This document shows positions 30,901 through 39,602 of a stretch of 54,439 nucleotides of DNA, piece after piece. The position numbers and the translations under genes were made by a program. Positions within the stretch are counted from its first letter, which is position 1. Every line of letters starts with the position of its first letter. Under the pieces are notes generated by a model that saw only the letters and a list, made by a program, of their open reading frames with translations, was not told where the DNA came from and ran no database searches. Source of the DNA: an uncultured Clostridia bacterium. GTDB lineage: Bacteria; Bacillota; Clostridia; Christensenellales; UBA1242. Location of the stretch: assembly GCA_946491735.1 (NCBI GenBank), contig CAMLYK010000002.1, forward strand, positions 1 through 54,439, in the 5' to 3' direction.

Positions 30901-31518
30901 TACGTCAACATCAATGCAATTGAAGAGTACAAGACAGAAGGTGCACGCTATGAAGAAATGACGGCTCAAATTGACGACTTGAAAAAGGCAGAAGAGGATG
31001 CCGTTAAAATAATTAAAGACCTTTCAGCTGAAATGCTGGAGAAATTTAATACAGAATTTGTAAAAATTCAAGAAAACTTTACGAAAGTATTTAAGGAGTT
31101 GTTTGGCGGAGGCAACGCGCGTCTTGAATTGCTACCAAGCGAAGATCCACTCACTGCGGGTGTAGAGATTATTGCTCAGCCACCTGGTAAAGTGTTGCAA
31201 CAGATTTCTTTGTTAAGTGGTGGCGAAAAGACGATGACCGCAATAGCAATTTTGTTCGCAATTTTAAAATTGAAACCAATGCCTTTCTGTTTCCTAGACG
31301 AAATAGAGGCGGCTCTTGATGATGCTAATATCGAAAGATATGCAAGGTATTTGAAGAGATTTAGTGACGACACTCAATTCATCGTCATCACACATAGAAA
31401 ACCTACAATGGAACTAGCTGATTCACTATACGGTGTGACTATGGAAGAAAAGGGTGTCAGCAAAATTGTGTCGGTAAAACTCAGTGATGCAGTCAAAGTT
31501 GTAGATACAAATTCATAA
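27916..31518 (+). CDS. smc: Chromosome segregation protein SMC
   Basis: 1200 aa. N-terminal GFKSF and Walker A GPNGCGKSN, long coiled coils, a hinge, and C-terminal LSGGEKT and Walker B FCFLDE. Confidence 0.96.
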   Translation: MITFKEIEMAGFKSFADETHINFDGGITAIVGPNGCGKSNVSDAIRWVLGEQSSKALRGKSMQDVIFAGTEKRKKLSYCEVSLIFDNTNKWFNIEYDEVVITRKLYRSGESDYQINRKPCRLKDIRDLLYDSGIGKDGYSIIGQGRVEEIIQSKPEERRAIFEEAAGIAKYKARKVETENRLERVRDNLSRAGDIIGEVERRLGPLKKQSEDAKKYLEYRDILKNLEINAYIYQYDHAAQTKDEVNEKLQGYRDNLNILENSLQTEQAKYDKSLNEINQLDKKASELHEQVLHNTVTLEKKQGDTRLLNEQTRYLKEQLDRLNNEYENYTLEYNQKMALIQSATSLRDEEKENLNNLYSQSQELSEKYLQLIDELTKSEGEKEENQRAMIDNLSKLTDIKSNLSAYIAKRDTMRENINQDRIKLNDLNDDRDSIEQEFTKLKIDLDNIQKSRDIKTDNIAKINQKMQSINQNIDELNSRIYALKTSISNDTNRKNILSNLQADFEGYQFAVKRLLQEGKNNPKLNSAIKGVVGNIISVEPKFQQAIEIALGGSIQNIVTKDENDAKVLINYLKEMKLGRATFLPISAVKPRSISSSDKAYLTSTGCLGIASELVKTDAIYKPVIESLLGSTVVCDNLDNAVAIAKKSNYSFRIVTLEGDVLSPQGSMSGGSKKSNDSSLLSKESEIKNLTQNIEDKTKELQADEIQLNSYVSALNKLKELLDNENASLQSLNNEFYSKNTKLESIEQNLNAIEEDIFSLSSQLKIAENIVTDLETKINSIDKVELEYATSQAKVGEINDDNKNAYEELKQKRDEYQDNMMQLRIQIASIEEKIRSLNKDIESYSADIENVKKSLERVESELSSQQKVYDEAVNINRTQNEDSEIEEIKQTIEELNTKLSQFDEFKQTLMKELKDLDDKKSVLSNDIARLNNKIYQEETRLQKVDLDIENMQERIFEEYEMTYNDCLPFKDQDENFDIKDVMIRISKTKNQITSLGYVNINAIEEYKTEGARYEEMTAQIDDLKKAEEDAVKIIKDLSAEMLEKFNTEFVKIQENFTKVFKELFGGGNARLELLPSEDPLTAGVEIIAQPPGKVLQQISLLSGGEKTMTAIAILFAILKLKPMPFCFLDEIEAALDDANIERYARYLKRFSDDTQFIVITHRKPTMELADSLYGVTMEEKGVSKIVSVKLSDAVKVVDTNS

Positions 31519-31526
31519 CCAATATT

Positions 31527-31567
31527 TAGTGTATATTTAATTTTATATACACTAGATATTTTATTTG
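31527..31567 (+). terminator. Hairpin (possible partial terminator or attenuator) between smc and ftsY
   Basis: 10-bp stem TAGTGTATAT/ATATACACTA with an 8-nt loop, followed by a T-rich GATATTTTATTTG. Confidence 0.4.
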
Positions 31568-31576
31568 AGGAGAGAT

Positions 31577-32440
31577 ATGGGAATATTTAAAAGATTTTTT
31601 GATAAACTGAAATACACATTCAAGAGGACGGAACTCAATGACGACTTTTATGATGAATTAGAGTCAATTTTGGTGTCTAGTGACATGGGAGTTGAAACAG
31701 CATTGGACATAATGGATGAATTGCGTCTAACTTGTAAAAAGAAATTGATAAAAGACACAGAACACGCACAAATCGAGTTAAAAGAAATTTTAATTGATCG
31801 ACTCAATGCTCAACCAGTAGAATTTCACTATCCTTTAATCATTACAGTTGTTGGTGTGAATGGAGTTGGCAAAACTACCTCAATTGCCAAAATGACAAAA
31901 TATTTTTTGAACAAGAAAAAATCTGTATTGCTTGCAGCTGGAGATACTTTTCGTGCTGCAGCGACCGAACAATTATCCAATTGGGCTGATAGGTTAAAAG
32001 TTAAAATTGTAAAACAAGGAGAAGGTGCGGATTCTGCAGCGGTTGTGTTTGATGCAATCAGTAGTATGAAAGCTAAAAATTATGACGTGCTAATTGTAGA
32101 TACTGCAGGAAGACTGCATACGAAAACTAATCTTATGAAAGAGTTAGAAAAGATCAATAATATTATAAATAGGGAATATCCAGAGGCTCAGAAATTAAAT
32201 CTAATAGTCTTAGATGCTTCCATTGGTCAGAACTCAATTGCGCAAGTGAAAGCGTTCAAAGACAGTGTCAATATTGATGGAATCATACTTACCAAATTGG
32301 ACGGCACAGCAAAGGGCGGTGTGGTATATCCTATTATCAATGAATTGCAAGTGCCAATCATTTTCACAGGCTTTGGCGAAAAAGTGGATGATTTGGAGGT
32401 GTTTGACAAGACCAGTTTCGTAGAAAAAATATTGATGTGA
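31577..32440 (+). CDS. ftsY: Signal recognition particle receptor FtsY (NG domain only)
   Basis: GVNGVGKTT, DTAGR and TKLDG motifs. The start was moved to 31577, behind GAGGAGAG. Confidence 0.93.
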   Translation: MGIFKRFFDKLKYTFKRTELNDDFYDELESILVSSDMGVETALDIMDELRLTCKKKLIKDTEHAQIELKEILIDRLNAQPVEFHYPLIITVVGVNGVGKTTSIAKMTKYFLNKKKSVLLAAGDTFRAAATEQLSNWADRLKVKIVKQGEGADSAAVVFDAISSMKAKNYDVLIVDTAGRLHTKTNLMKELEKINNIINREYPEAQKLNLIVLDASIGQNSIAQVKAFKDSVNIDGIILTKLDGTAKGGVVYPIINELQVPIIFTGFGEKVDDLEVFDKTSFVEKILM

Positions 32441-32567
32441 TGAGAGAATATAATAATATAAAATTTGTCAAATGTGTATGATGCAAGTAAAATACGTAAT
32501 AGAATCAATGAAAAGATACGAAATATAAAAAAAATCATGCTTGGAATATAAAATAAAAGAGGGAAAA

Positions 32568-32888
32568 ATGGATTTGAAAAGACGTGTAGAAATCGCTGTT
32601 TTAGTAAAATATTATGGCAACTTACTTACAGAAAAACAGCAAAAGGTCATTGAAATGTATGTAGACAACAATTTATCTTTTTCTGAAGTAAGTGAGGAAT
32701 TGAATATTTCTAGGCAGGCAGTGAAAGATATGCTAGACAATGCAATCAATTCATTAGAATCTTTTGAAAATAAATTGCATTTTATTTCGCGTGATGATAA
32801 AATAAAGAATAAATTAGAAGAAAAACTTCCTAGACAAATAGATTTGGCTACGAGGTTGGAGATAATATCAATGTTGGAGGACAATTAA
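32568..32888 (+). CDS. ylxM: YlxM/p13-like putative HTH protein (UPF0122)
   Basis: YYGNLLTEKQQKVIEMYVDNNLSFSEVSEELNISRQAV. It sits immediately upstream of ffh. The start was moved to 32568. Confidence 0.85.
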   Translation: MDLKRRVEIAVLVKYYGNLLTEKQQKVIEMYVDNNLSFSEVSEELNISRQAVKDMLDNAINSLESFENKLHFISRDDKIKNKLEEKLPRQIDLATRLEIISMLEDN

Positions 32889-34234
32889 TGGCACTATTTT
32901 CAAGTCTTAGCGAAAGATTAAATCATATATTTAGCAAGATGACCAAGCATGGCAAACTGACAGCGCTTGAAATCAAGGAAGCAATGCGTGAAATTCGTGT
33001 GGCTCTACTTGAAGCGGATGTCAATTTTTCAGTAGCAAAAGAATTCATTGCAAAAGTTAGTGAATTGGCAGTGGGTGAAGATATTCTAAAAAGTTTGACG
33101 CCAACTCAGCAAGTTATTAAGATTGTTCGTGACAACCTTATTGAATTGATGGGAGGAGAAAATCAAAAATTAAATGTTTCATCAAAACCTCCAACAATAA
33201 TAATGATGTGTGGATTGCAGGGTAGTGGTAAGACAACTATGTCTGGCAAACTTGCCTTGAAATTAAAAAAAGAAGGCAAAAAACCTCTTTTGGTAGCATG
33301 CGACATTTATAGACCTGCAGCTATAGATCAATTGAAAGTGCTAGGTAAATCAATTCAAGTTGATGTCTTCGAGCGCGGGACTCAAAATCCAGTGAAAACA
33401 TGTAAAGAAGCGATTGCCTATGCAGAAAAATTTAGTCTTGATACAGTCATTATTGATACAGCAGGTCGTTTGCAGATTGATGAAAAATTGATGCAAGAAT
33501 TGAAAGAGATAAAGAAAGCAATCAATCCTACTGAAATTTTGCTCGTAATTGATGCCATGATAGGTCAAGAAGCAGTGTCAGTATCCACTGCATTCAATGA
33601 TGCACTTGATGTAACGGGTGTTATATTGACAAAAATTGATGGTGATACACGTGGGGGTGCGGCGCTATCTATAAGATCAGTTATAGGAAAACCTATTAAA
33701 TTCGTTGGTGTGGGCGAAAAACTCACAGATATCGAACCATTTTATCCAGACAGAATGGCATCTCGAATTTTAGGAATGGGGGATGTCTTAACTTTAATTG
33801 ACAAGGCTCAAGAGGCAATGGACGAAAAAACAGCTAAGGAAATGGAGCGAAAGTTCAAGGAAAACAGTTTTGACCTAAACGACTATATTGAGCAAGTCAA
33901 TTCATTGAAAAAAATGGGCGGACTAAAGTCTGTTCTATCAATGATGCCAGGAATTAGTGGCAAACTAAAACAAATCGAAGACCAGATAGATGAAAAGAAA
34001 TTAGAAAAAAATAAAGCAATCATTCAATCTATGACTCCAAAAGAACGTGCCAATCCAGATATAATCAACGGAAGCCGTCGTCAGCGAATTGCAAAAGGTG
34101 CAGGAGTGGAAGTCAGCGATGTCAATCTCCTTATCAAACAATTTAATCAAAGCAAAGAGATGATGCGTATGATGAAGAACCCTAAGGCATATGGTGGTAA
34201 AATGGCGATCATGCGTAAACTTATGGGTCAATAA
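32888..34234 (+). CDS. ffh: Signal recognition particle protein Ffh
   Basis: GLQGSGKTT, DTAGR and TKIDGD motifs, and a Met-rich M domain. Confidence 0.96.
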   Translation: MALFSSLSERLNHIFSKMTKHGKLTALEIKEAMREIRVALLEADVNFSVAKEFIAKVSELAVGEDILKSLTPTQQVIKIVRDNLIELMGGENQKLNVSSKPPTIIMMCGLQGSGKTTMSGKLALKLKKEGKKPLLVACDIYRPAAIDQLKVLGKSIQVDVFERGTQNPVKTCKEAIAYAEKFSLDTVIIDTAGRLQIDEKLMQELKEIKKAINPTEILLVIDAMIGQEAVSVSTAFNDALDVTGVILTKIDGDTRGGAALSIRSVIGKPIKFVGVGEKLTDIEPFYPDRMASRILGMGDVLTLIDKAQEAMDEKTAKEMERKFKENSFDLNDYIEQVNSLKKMGGLKSVLSMMPGISGKLKQIEDQIDEKKLEKNKAIIQSMTPKERANPDIINGSRRQRIAKGAGVEVSDVNLLIKQFNQSKEMMRMMKNPKAYGGKMAIMRKLMGQ

Positions 34235-34434
34235 ATAATTATAATAAAAAAATAAAGTGCACAATATATTGTGTAATAATAAATAAAAAGCCACAAGCAA
34301 AACTGCTTATGGTCAAATTTCCAGCGTAATGATATCATAAAATTTGATATTGTCAATACTTAAATCAAATTTTTTTGATACATATTGATAATTACAAAAA
34401 GTTATAATAATTAAATAAAATTTGAACAAAACAC

Positions 34435-34463
34435 TTTACAAATAATTATTTGCATGCTATAAT
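34435..34463 (+). promoter_or_regulatory. Promoter for the rpsP operon
   Basis: TTTACA (34435-34440), a 17-nt spacer, then TGcTATAAT (hexamer at 34458-34463). Confidence 0.55.
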
Positions 34464-34546
34464 GTAAAGCGAAACTACTTTACAGTTGATTTTTTATATA
34501 TAAATTATTTTGTCAATTGTATTGAATTTATAAAAGGAGAAGTATT

Positions 34547-34846
34547 ATGGCAGTTAAAATTAGACTTACTCGTTTAGGAGATAAGAAATCACCATTCTAT
34601 CGTGTAGTTGTTGCTGATTCTCGTGTGGCTAGAGATGGAAAGTACATTGAACAGATCGGTACTTACAACCCATTAGTTGAAGAAGACAAGCAACTCAACA
34701 TCAACAAAGAGCTTGCTGAAAAATGGTTAAAGAATGGTGCTCAACCTACTGAAACAACCAAGTCAATTCTTCAAAGAGTTGGTGTTTTGTCAGTTAAAGG
34801 TAATTCAGTTCCTAAAACTAATAATAAAAAGAAAAAATCAAAATAG
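34547..34846 (+). CDS. rpsP: 30S ribosomal protein S16 (Lys-rich C-terminal tail)
   Basis: [27 protein letters not shown]-terminus. Confidence 0.95.
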   Translation: MAVKIRLTRLGDKKSPFYRVVVADSRVARDGKYIEQIGTYNPLVEEDKQLNINKELAEKWLKNGAQPTETTKSILQRVGVLSVKGNSVPKTNNKKKKSK

Positions 34847-34860
34847 TCAAGGAGTGAATT

Positions 34861-35100
34861 ATGGTTGAAGTTTTAGAGTACATCGTCAAAAATATGGTAT
34901 CCAATCCAGATGAGGTTGAGATACATGACGAAAGCAAAGGAAAAACAAAAATATTTAAAGTCCTTGTTTTAAAAAAGGATTTAGGTTCAGTGATTGGAAG
35001 AAATGGTGCAATAGCAAATGCCATTCGTACAGTTGTTAAATCAATTGGCAATCAAAGAGAAAAACTTGTAATTAAGTTTGACGCAAAAGAAAGTGCGTAA
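34861..35100 (+). CDS. KH-domain RNA-binding protein (YlqC/UPF0109)
   Basis: 79 aa with GSVIGRNGAIANAIRTV (KH GXXG). It lies between rpsP and rimM. Confidence 0.85.
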   Translation: MVEVLEYIVKNMVSNPDEVEIHDESKGKTKIFKVLVLKKDLGSVIGRNGAIANAIRTVVKSIGNQREKLVIKFDAKESA

Positions 35101-35107
35101 TTTAATT

Positions 35108-35133
35108 AAACTTGCTCTCATGCAAGTTTTTTT
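35108..35133 (+). terminator. Rho-independent terminator after the KH-protein gene
   Basis: 8-bp stem AAACTTGC/GCAAGTTT with loop TCTCAT, then a T tract. Confidence 0.7.
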
Positions 35134-35134
35134 A

Positions 35135-35163
35135 TTGCAATATGTGGGTTATTATGTTAAAAT
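35135..35163 (+). promoter_or_regulatory. Promoter for rimM-trmD
   Basis: TTGCAA (35135-35140), a 17-nt spacer, then TGtTAAAAT (hexamer at 35158-35163). Confidence 0.55.
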
Positions 35164-35181
35164 AGTTATGATGGAGTTGTT

Positions 35182-35682
35182 ATGTCAAATATATTAGAAA
35201 TAGGGAAAATCGTCCGTCCACACGGTATAAAAGGTGCAGTTAAAATTATCAGTTATCTTGAAGATCAAAATTTTTCTATTTTCAAAAAGATTTTAATTGG
35301 ACAAAATTTGATTAAGGCAAATATACTGACCGTTTTGCCACTAAACAATGACGCCTATTCCGTAACTATAGACATTATCAAAGATATAGACACTGCTGAA
35401 AAGTATCGCAATCAGTCAATATACATTGATCGAGATGAATACACTGAATTTCATGATAAGATTTATCTATCAGATTTGATAGGGGCACCTGTACTAGACG
35501 AAAACAACAATAAGTTAGGTGAATTGGTAGATTTTGATGATTACGGTGCGAGTGTCATTCTTCATATAAAATCTGGAGCTGTTACTTATTCAATTCCTTT
35601 TGTAGATGAAATAATTACCTATGATGAACAAACAAAGGCGTTCATTATACCTAAACAAAAATATGAGGATTTACGCGTATGA
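35182..35682 (+). CDS. rimM: 16S rRNA processing protein RimM
   Basis: IGKIVRPHGIKGAVKI N-terminus and a PRC barrel. An ATGA junction overlaps trmD. Confidence 0.9.
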   Translation: MSNILEIGKIVRPHGIKGAVKIISYLEDQNFSIFKKILIGQNLIKANILTVLPLNNDAYSVTIDIIKDIDTAEKYRNQSIYIDRDEYTEFHDKIYLSDLIGAPVLDENNNKLGELVDFDDYGASVILHIKSGAVTYSIPFVDEIITYDEQTKAFIIPKQKYEDLRV

Positions 35683-36341
35683 AAATAGATATTTTATCAT
35701 TGTTTCCAGAGATGTTTGCTCCACTCAAAGAGAGTATTATCAAGCGAGCGGTAGAAAATAAAAAAGTTGAAATTAATATTATCAATATACGTGATTTTGC
35801 ATCTCCACCTCATTACAAATGTGATGATGAACCATTTGGTGGTGGTGCAGGCATGGTGATGATGTGTGAACCAATTTATAAGGCTATTGAAAGCATAAAA
35901 ACTGTCGACTGTAAAATTTTTTATATGTCACCACGCGGGAAAAAGTTTTCACAACAGATAGCACGTGAAATGTCAAAATTCAATCATATAATAATTTTGT
36001 GCGGACATTATGAAGGAGTAGATCAACGTGTGATAGATATGTACAATATGGAAGAACTTTCAATTGGTGATTATGTATTGACAGGTGGAGAATTGCCTGC
36101 AATGGTAGTAACGGATGCAATTGTGCGTCTTATTCCAGAAGTTATAACACCTGAAAGTATAGTCGAAGAGAGTTTTTCAGATAATCTTTTAGAATACAAT
36201 CAATACACTCGTCCAGCCGTATTTAAAAACATGGCGGTACCAGACATTCTTCTCAGTGGTAATCATAAAAAAATTGAAGAGTTTAGGAAATCTCAGTCTT
36301 TAGAAATAACAAAGAAAAATCGACCAGATTTGTTAAAATAA
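35679..36341 (+). CDS. trmD: tRNA (guanine37-N1)-methyltransferase TrmD
   Basis: MKIDILSLFPEMF N-terminus, with CGHYEGVDQRV and GDYVLTGGELPAMV motifs. Confidence 0.95.
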   Translation: MKIDILSLFPEMFAPLKESIIKRAVENKKVEINIINIRDFASPPHYKCDDEPFGGGAGMVMMCEPIYKAIESIKTVDCKIFYMSPRGKKFSQQIAREMSKFNHIIILCGHYEGVDQRVIDMYNMEELSIGDYVLTGGELPAMVVTDAIVRLIPEVITPESIVEESFSDNLLEYNQYTRPAVFKNMAVPDILLSGNHKKIEEFRKSQSLEITKKNRPDLLK

Positions 36342-36451
36342 ATGTTGAATATATTTTCACTTAATCCTAGTAATCTGAGAAATTTCAAATCTAATATAAT
36401 AATCAAATTTAATATAGAATTAATTATCAATAAATTTTTAAATTTAACAAG

Positions 36452-36479
36452 ATAAACATTGAGTTTATTTTGTTTTTTT
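36452..36479 (+). terminator. Rho-independent terminator downstream of trmD
   Basis: Stem ATAAAC/GTTTAT with a 5-nt loop, then TTTGTTTTTTT. Confidence 0.5.
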
Positions 36480-36487
36480 GTTATAAT
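36479..36487 (+). promoter_or_regulatory. Extended -10 promoter abutting the rbgA start codon
   Basis: TGtTATAAT at 36479-36487. The ATG at 36494 is 7 nt after the hexamer, and there is no SD between them. Confidence 0.5.
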
Positions 36488-36493
36488 AATTTT

Positions 36494-37336
36494 ATGATTA
36501 ATTGGTTTCCTGGTCATATGAATAAAACTCTAAAGCAGATGCAAGCGGACAGCAAAATCTGTGATTGTTTCATCTACATTTTAGATGCTCGTTGTCCTAT
36601 GTCATGTATCAACCCAGAATTTGTGAAAGTTATTGGGAATAAACCTATAATTTTTGTATTGAATAAATCAGACTTGGTGGAGAAGACTGCTATTGATAAA
36701 TTCAAACAGTATTTTGCATCTCTTGGACATGTATGTATTAGTCTGAATGCGACGATCTCCGGTAGTGGCAAAATTATTATCAATACAATAAAATCTGTAT
36801 TTAAAGATAGAATAGAGAAGAACCGAGAAAGGAATGTGAATTTTATTATTCGTGCCATGATCCTTGGTATTCCAAATTCGGGAAAATCTACTATAGTCAA
36901 TAACTTATGCGGAAAGGCTAGAGCAATAACGGGCAATAAAGCAGGCGTTACACGCAGCAAACAATGGGTAAAACTTGACAATTTTATAGAAATTATGGAT
37001 ACACCGGGAGTTTTGTTACCCAACTTTGAAAACGAAGAATTCGCTTATAATCTTGCCATTGTAGGCAGCGTGAAAGATGAGGTTTTGTATTTGCCAGATG
37101 TGGCAATAAGCTTAATAAAACGTTTTAAGAAACTTAATATATTAAGTAATCTAAATACAAAATATGGTGTAAATTGCGATGAAAGCACTCAAGAAATAGA
37201 GATATTAAAACAAATTGGCAAAAAACGAGGATGTCTAGTTAAAGGTGGAGAAATCGATATCGAGAGAAGTGCAAAAGTGCTAATTACAGATTTTAGATCG
37301 GGCAAATTAGGGAAAATTTGTTTGGAGAGTATATGA
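36494..37336 (+). CDS. rbgA: Ribosome biogenesis GTPase A (YlqF/RbgA), circularly permuted GTPase
   Basis: MINWFPGHMNKT N-terminus, with the permuted order LNKSD ... GIPNSGKST ... DTPG. Confidence 0.92.
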   Translation: MINWFPGHMNKTLKQMQADSKICDCFIYILDARCPMSCINPEFVKVIGNKPIIFVLNKSDLVEKTAIDKFKQYFASLGHVCISLNATISGSGKIIINTIKSVFKDRIEKNRERNVNFIIRAMILGIPNSGKSTIVNNLCGKARAITGNKAGVTRSKQWVKLDNFIEIMDTPGVLLPNFENEEFAYNLAIVGSVKDEVLYLPDVAISLIKRFKKLNILSNLNTKYGVNCDESTQEIEILKQIGKKRGCLVKGGEIDIERSAKVLITDFRSGKLGKICLESI

Positions 37337-37989
37337 TTGATACAAAGAAAATTTTTGACTACGACAGATCCTTGTTGTCTGATAAAGTAAACTACATTGC
37401 AGGAATGGACGAGGTGGGTCGTGGTCCACTTGCTGGACCTGTTGTGACAGCCTGTGTCGTAATGCCATATGGAAATAATGAAATGATTGACGGAGTTTTT
37501 GATAGCAAAAAAGTGAGCAAGAAAAATCGTGAAAGACTCTACGATGAAATAATTAATAGAGCCATATCATATTCAATATCGCTAGAAGAGGTAAATGTCA
37601 TAGACGAAGTAAATATTTTAAATGCAACAATCATGGCTATGAAAAATTCGTATAAGCAATTGAAAATCAGACCAGATCTATTATTGATTGATGCGGTTAA
37701 ACTGAATATAGCCGAGAATGAAAAATCAATAATAAAGGGTGATGCTACAAGTTACGCTATTGCATGTGCTTCAATAGTTGCAAAAGTATATCGAGATAGA
37801 TTGATGGAAGAATATTCAAAAATCTATCCAGAATATGATTTTGAAAACAATGTAGGATATGGGACTAAAAAACATATTGAAGCAATCAAAACTTATGGTG
37901 TGACGCCTATACATAGACTCAGTTTTTTGAAAAACATTATTGGAGAAGAAGAATGCAAAAGAATATCTATGGAAAGAGAAGCGAAATAA
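37333..37989 (+). CDS. rnhB: Ribonuclease HII
   Basis: GMDEVGRGPLAGPVV motif. An ATGA junction overlaps rbgA, and a GGAGAG RBS is present. Confidence 0.93.
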   Translation: MIDTKKIFDYDRSLLSDKVNYIAGMDEVGRGPLAGPVVTACVVMPYGNNEMIDGVFDSKKVSKKNRERLYDEIINRAISYSISLEEVNVIDEVNILNATIMAMKNSYKQLKIRPDLLLIDAVKLNIAENEKSIIKGDATSYAIACASIVAKVYRDRLMEEYSKIYPEYDFENNVGYGTKKHIEAIKTYGVTPIHRLSFLKNIIGEEECKRISMEREAK

Positions 37990-38303
37990 TAGCACAAAAT
38001 TATTTGAAAAAAAATGGATATAAGATCTTGGAAACAAATTATTCTACCAAATTAGGAGAAATTGATATCATTGCAAAAGATAAAGACGGTTATATTGTTT
38101 TTCTTGAAGTAAAATCTAGAATGAGCAGGAAATTTGGTGATCCGTTTGATGCTATAGATTATAAAAAACAGCAAAAAATTAGAAATGTTGCCACAATGTA
38201 TTTAAAATCTCACAATTTGCTCAATACTAATTGCAGATTTGATGCTATTGCTATACTTGGGGAAAATGGTGAAGATATCCGCCATATAGTAAATGCTTTT
38301 TAG
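37953..38303 (+). CDS. yraN: YraN family (UPF0102) endonuclease-like protein
   Basis: 116 aa with GEIDIIAKDKDGYIVFLEVKSR and RFDAIAI motifs. It overlaps rnhB by 37 nt. Confidence 0.85.
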   Translation: MQKNIYGKRSEIIAQNYLKKNGYKILETNYSTKLGEIDIIAKDKDGYIVFLEVKSRMSRKFGDPFDAIDYKKQQKIRNVATMYLKSHNLLNTNCRFDAIAILGENGEDIRHIVNAF

Positions 38304-38380
38304 TAAAGTTTTAAATTTTAGGTATTGATTTTTGAGTTTGTATATGATATCATATTTGTACTTAATTGTTAGGAGATTTT

Positions 38381-39076
38381 ATGCCAAAGTTGATAAATCA
38401 AGAAACGAAAAAATTTATTCTATTTATAAAGCAATTGACAAAATTAAAAGACGAATGTGGTGAAAACAGTTATGAATATATCAAGTATTTTAATGATAAT
38501 TTTGATATAATTTTACAAATGTCTTTGGATCAAATATATTTTTATTCACGTGAAAATCATTTGAATTTCACAAAGGAAAATATTGAAAAATTAAAGTCCA
38601 GATTATTAGAAATTGATCCTTCTTCTCATGAAGAAATATACAAATTACTGAATTTTATCTTGTATGTTTTCAATGTAACGGAAAAGGAGAGATTGGAATT
38701 TTTCTTAAGTCATGGGCAGATACCAATCGTAGAACTAGAGGACAAATATCTGTTCGTGAATCACAAAGGATATAATATAAATTCAGATGATATGGATAAT
38801 CTCGTCATCAAATCAAACAATCCCGATATTTGTTATGAATACGCAAGGGAAATACAAAATCGTGATTTGCCCAAGTATGATCTTATTCCGAAACTTGAAG
38901 ATGTCGTGATAAAAAGTAAAAACCAAAACTTAAATTTAAAGTTTGCCATTAATATTTTTGGAGCGGACATAGATGCACATAAATCCGTAATACAAGATGA
39001 ACATATCAAAAAGATTATTGATGAACACACTGCAGGGATAGAAGAATTTGCATCAAACAACAATTTTAATGATTAA
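38381..39076 (+). CDS. Hypothetical protein with an internal VIKS(N/K)N... repeat
   Basis: The start was moved to 38381, behind AGGAG. 231 aa, acidic and soluble. There are two repeats of about 34 aa in the C-terminal half. No family was recognised. Confidence 0.6.
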   Translation: MPKLINQETKKFILFIKQLTKLKDECGENSYEYIKYFNDNFDIILQMSLDQIYFYSRENHLNFTKENIEKLKSRLLEIDPSSHEEIYKLLNFILYVFNVTEKERLEFFLSHGQIPIVELEDKYLFVNHKGYNINSDDMDNLVIKSNNPDICYEYAREIQNRDLPKYDLIPKLEDVVIKSKNQNLNLKFAINIFGADIDAHKSVIQDEHIKKIIDEHTAGIEEFASNNNFND

Positions 39077-39148
39077 AACTATTAATATATCTTTATATCA
39101 TACTTAATATTGATAAAAGAAAAATTTATATTATTTTTAAAAAAATAC

Positions 39149-39177
39149 TTGCAAATTATATTGGTATATGGTATTAT
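39149..39177 (+). promoter_or_regulatory. Promoter for rplS
   Basis: TTGCAA (39149-39154), a 17-nt spacer, then TGgTATTAT (hexamer at 39172-39177). Confidence 0.55.
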
Positions 39178-39235
39178 TAAAAAGTATTGGCGGTCCGCTG
39201 CAGTCCAATTGTAAGAACGTCAAAAGGAGGTAAGT

Positions 39236-39577
39236 ATGACTATTATCGACCAAATCGAGAAAGAGCAATTACGTAGCGACATTACTTCTTTTAATATTGG
39301 AGACACCGTACGTGTTATGGTTAAAGTCAAAGAAGGAGACAAAGAACGTATTCAAGCATACGAAGGCGTAGTAATTGCAAGGAAAGGAAAAGGTATTAGA
39401 GAGACCTTTACCGTTAGACGTGTGTCATTCGGTATTGGCGTTGAACGTACATTCCCTATCAATAGTCCACGTATTGACAAAATCATCGTGGTTAGAAAGG
39501 GTAAAGTTAGACGTGCTAAAATCTATTACATTCGTGACCTTTCTGGTAAAGCGGCGAAAGTTAAAGAAATCAAATAA
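39236..39577 (+). CDS. rplS: 50S ribosomal protein L19
   Basis: The sequence run [33 protein letters not shown] is typical of L19. Confidence 0.96.
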   Translation: MTIIDQIEKEQLRSDITSFNIGDTVRVMVKVKEGDKERIQAYEGVVIARKGKGIRETFTVRRVSFGIGVERTFPINSPRIDKIIVVRKGKVRRAKIYYIRDLSGKAAKVKEIK

Positions 39578-39602
39578 GGCAGTAATGCCTTTTTTCTTTT
39601 TT
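39576..39602 (+). terminator. Rho-independent terminator after rplS
   Basis: Stem AAGGCA/TGCCTT with loop GTAA, then a T-rich tract. Confidence 0.75.

Noticed and set aside
34464-34495. GTAAAG...CTTTAC hairpin plus T tract just after the rpsP promoter, considered as a possible attenuator
   Set aside because: The 5' arm lies between the -10 box and the predicted transcription start, so it is probably not transcribed. The stem is only 6 bp in AT-rich sequence.
36574-37023. 149-aa antisense ORF inside rbgA. Similar antisense ORFs occur elsewhere, for example 2837-3199, 7763-8152, 9967-10335, 11073-11396, 20270-20602, 21412-21720 and 32227-32538.
   Set aside because: These are shadow ORFs opposite well-supported conserved genes. 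Their composition is low-complexity and skewed to Ile, Leu, Ser and Phe. They have no RBS and no recognisable motifs.
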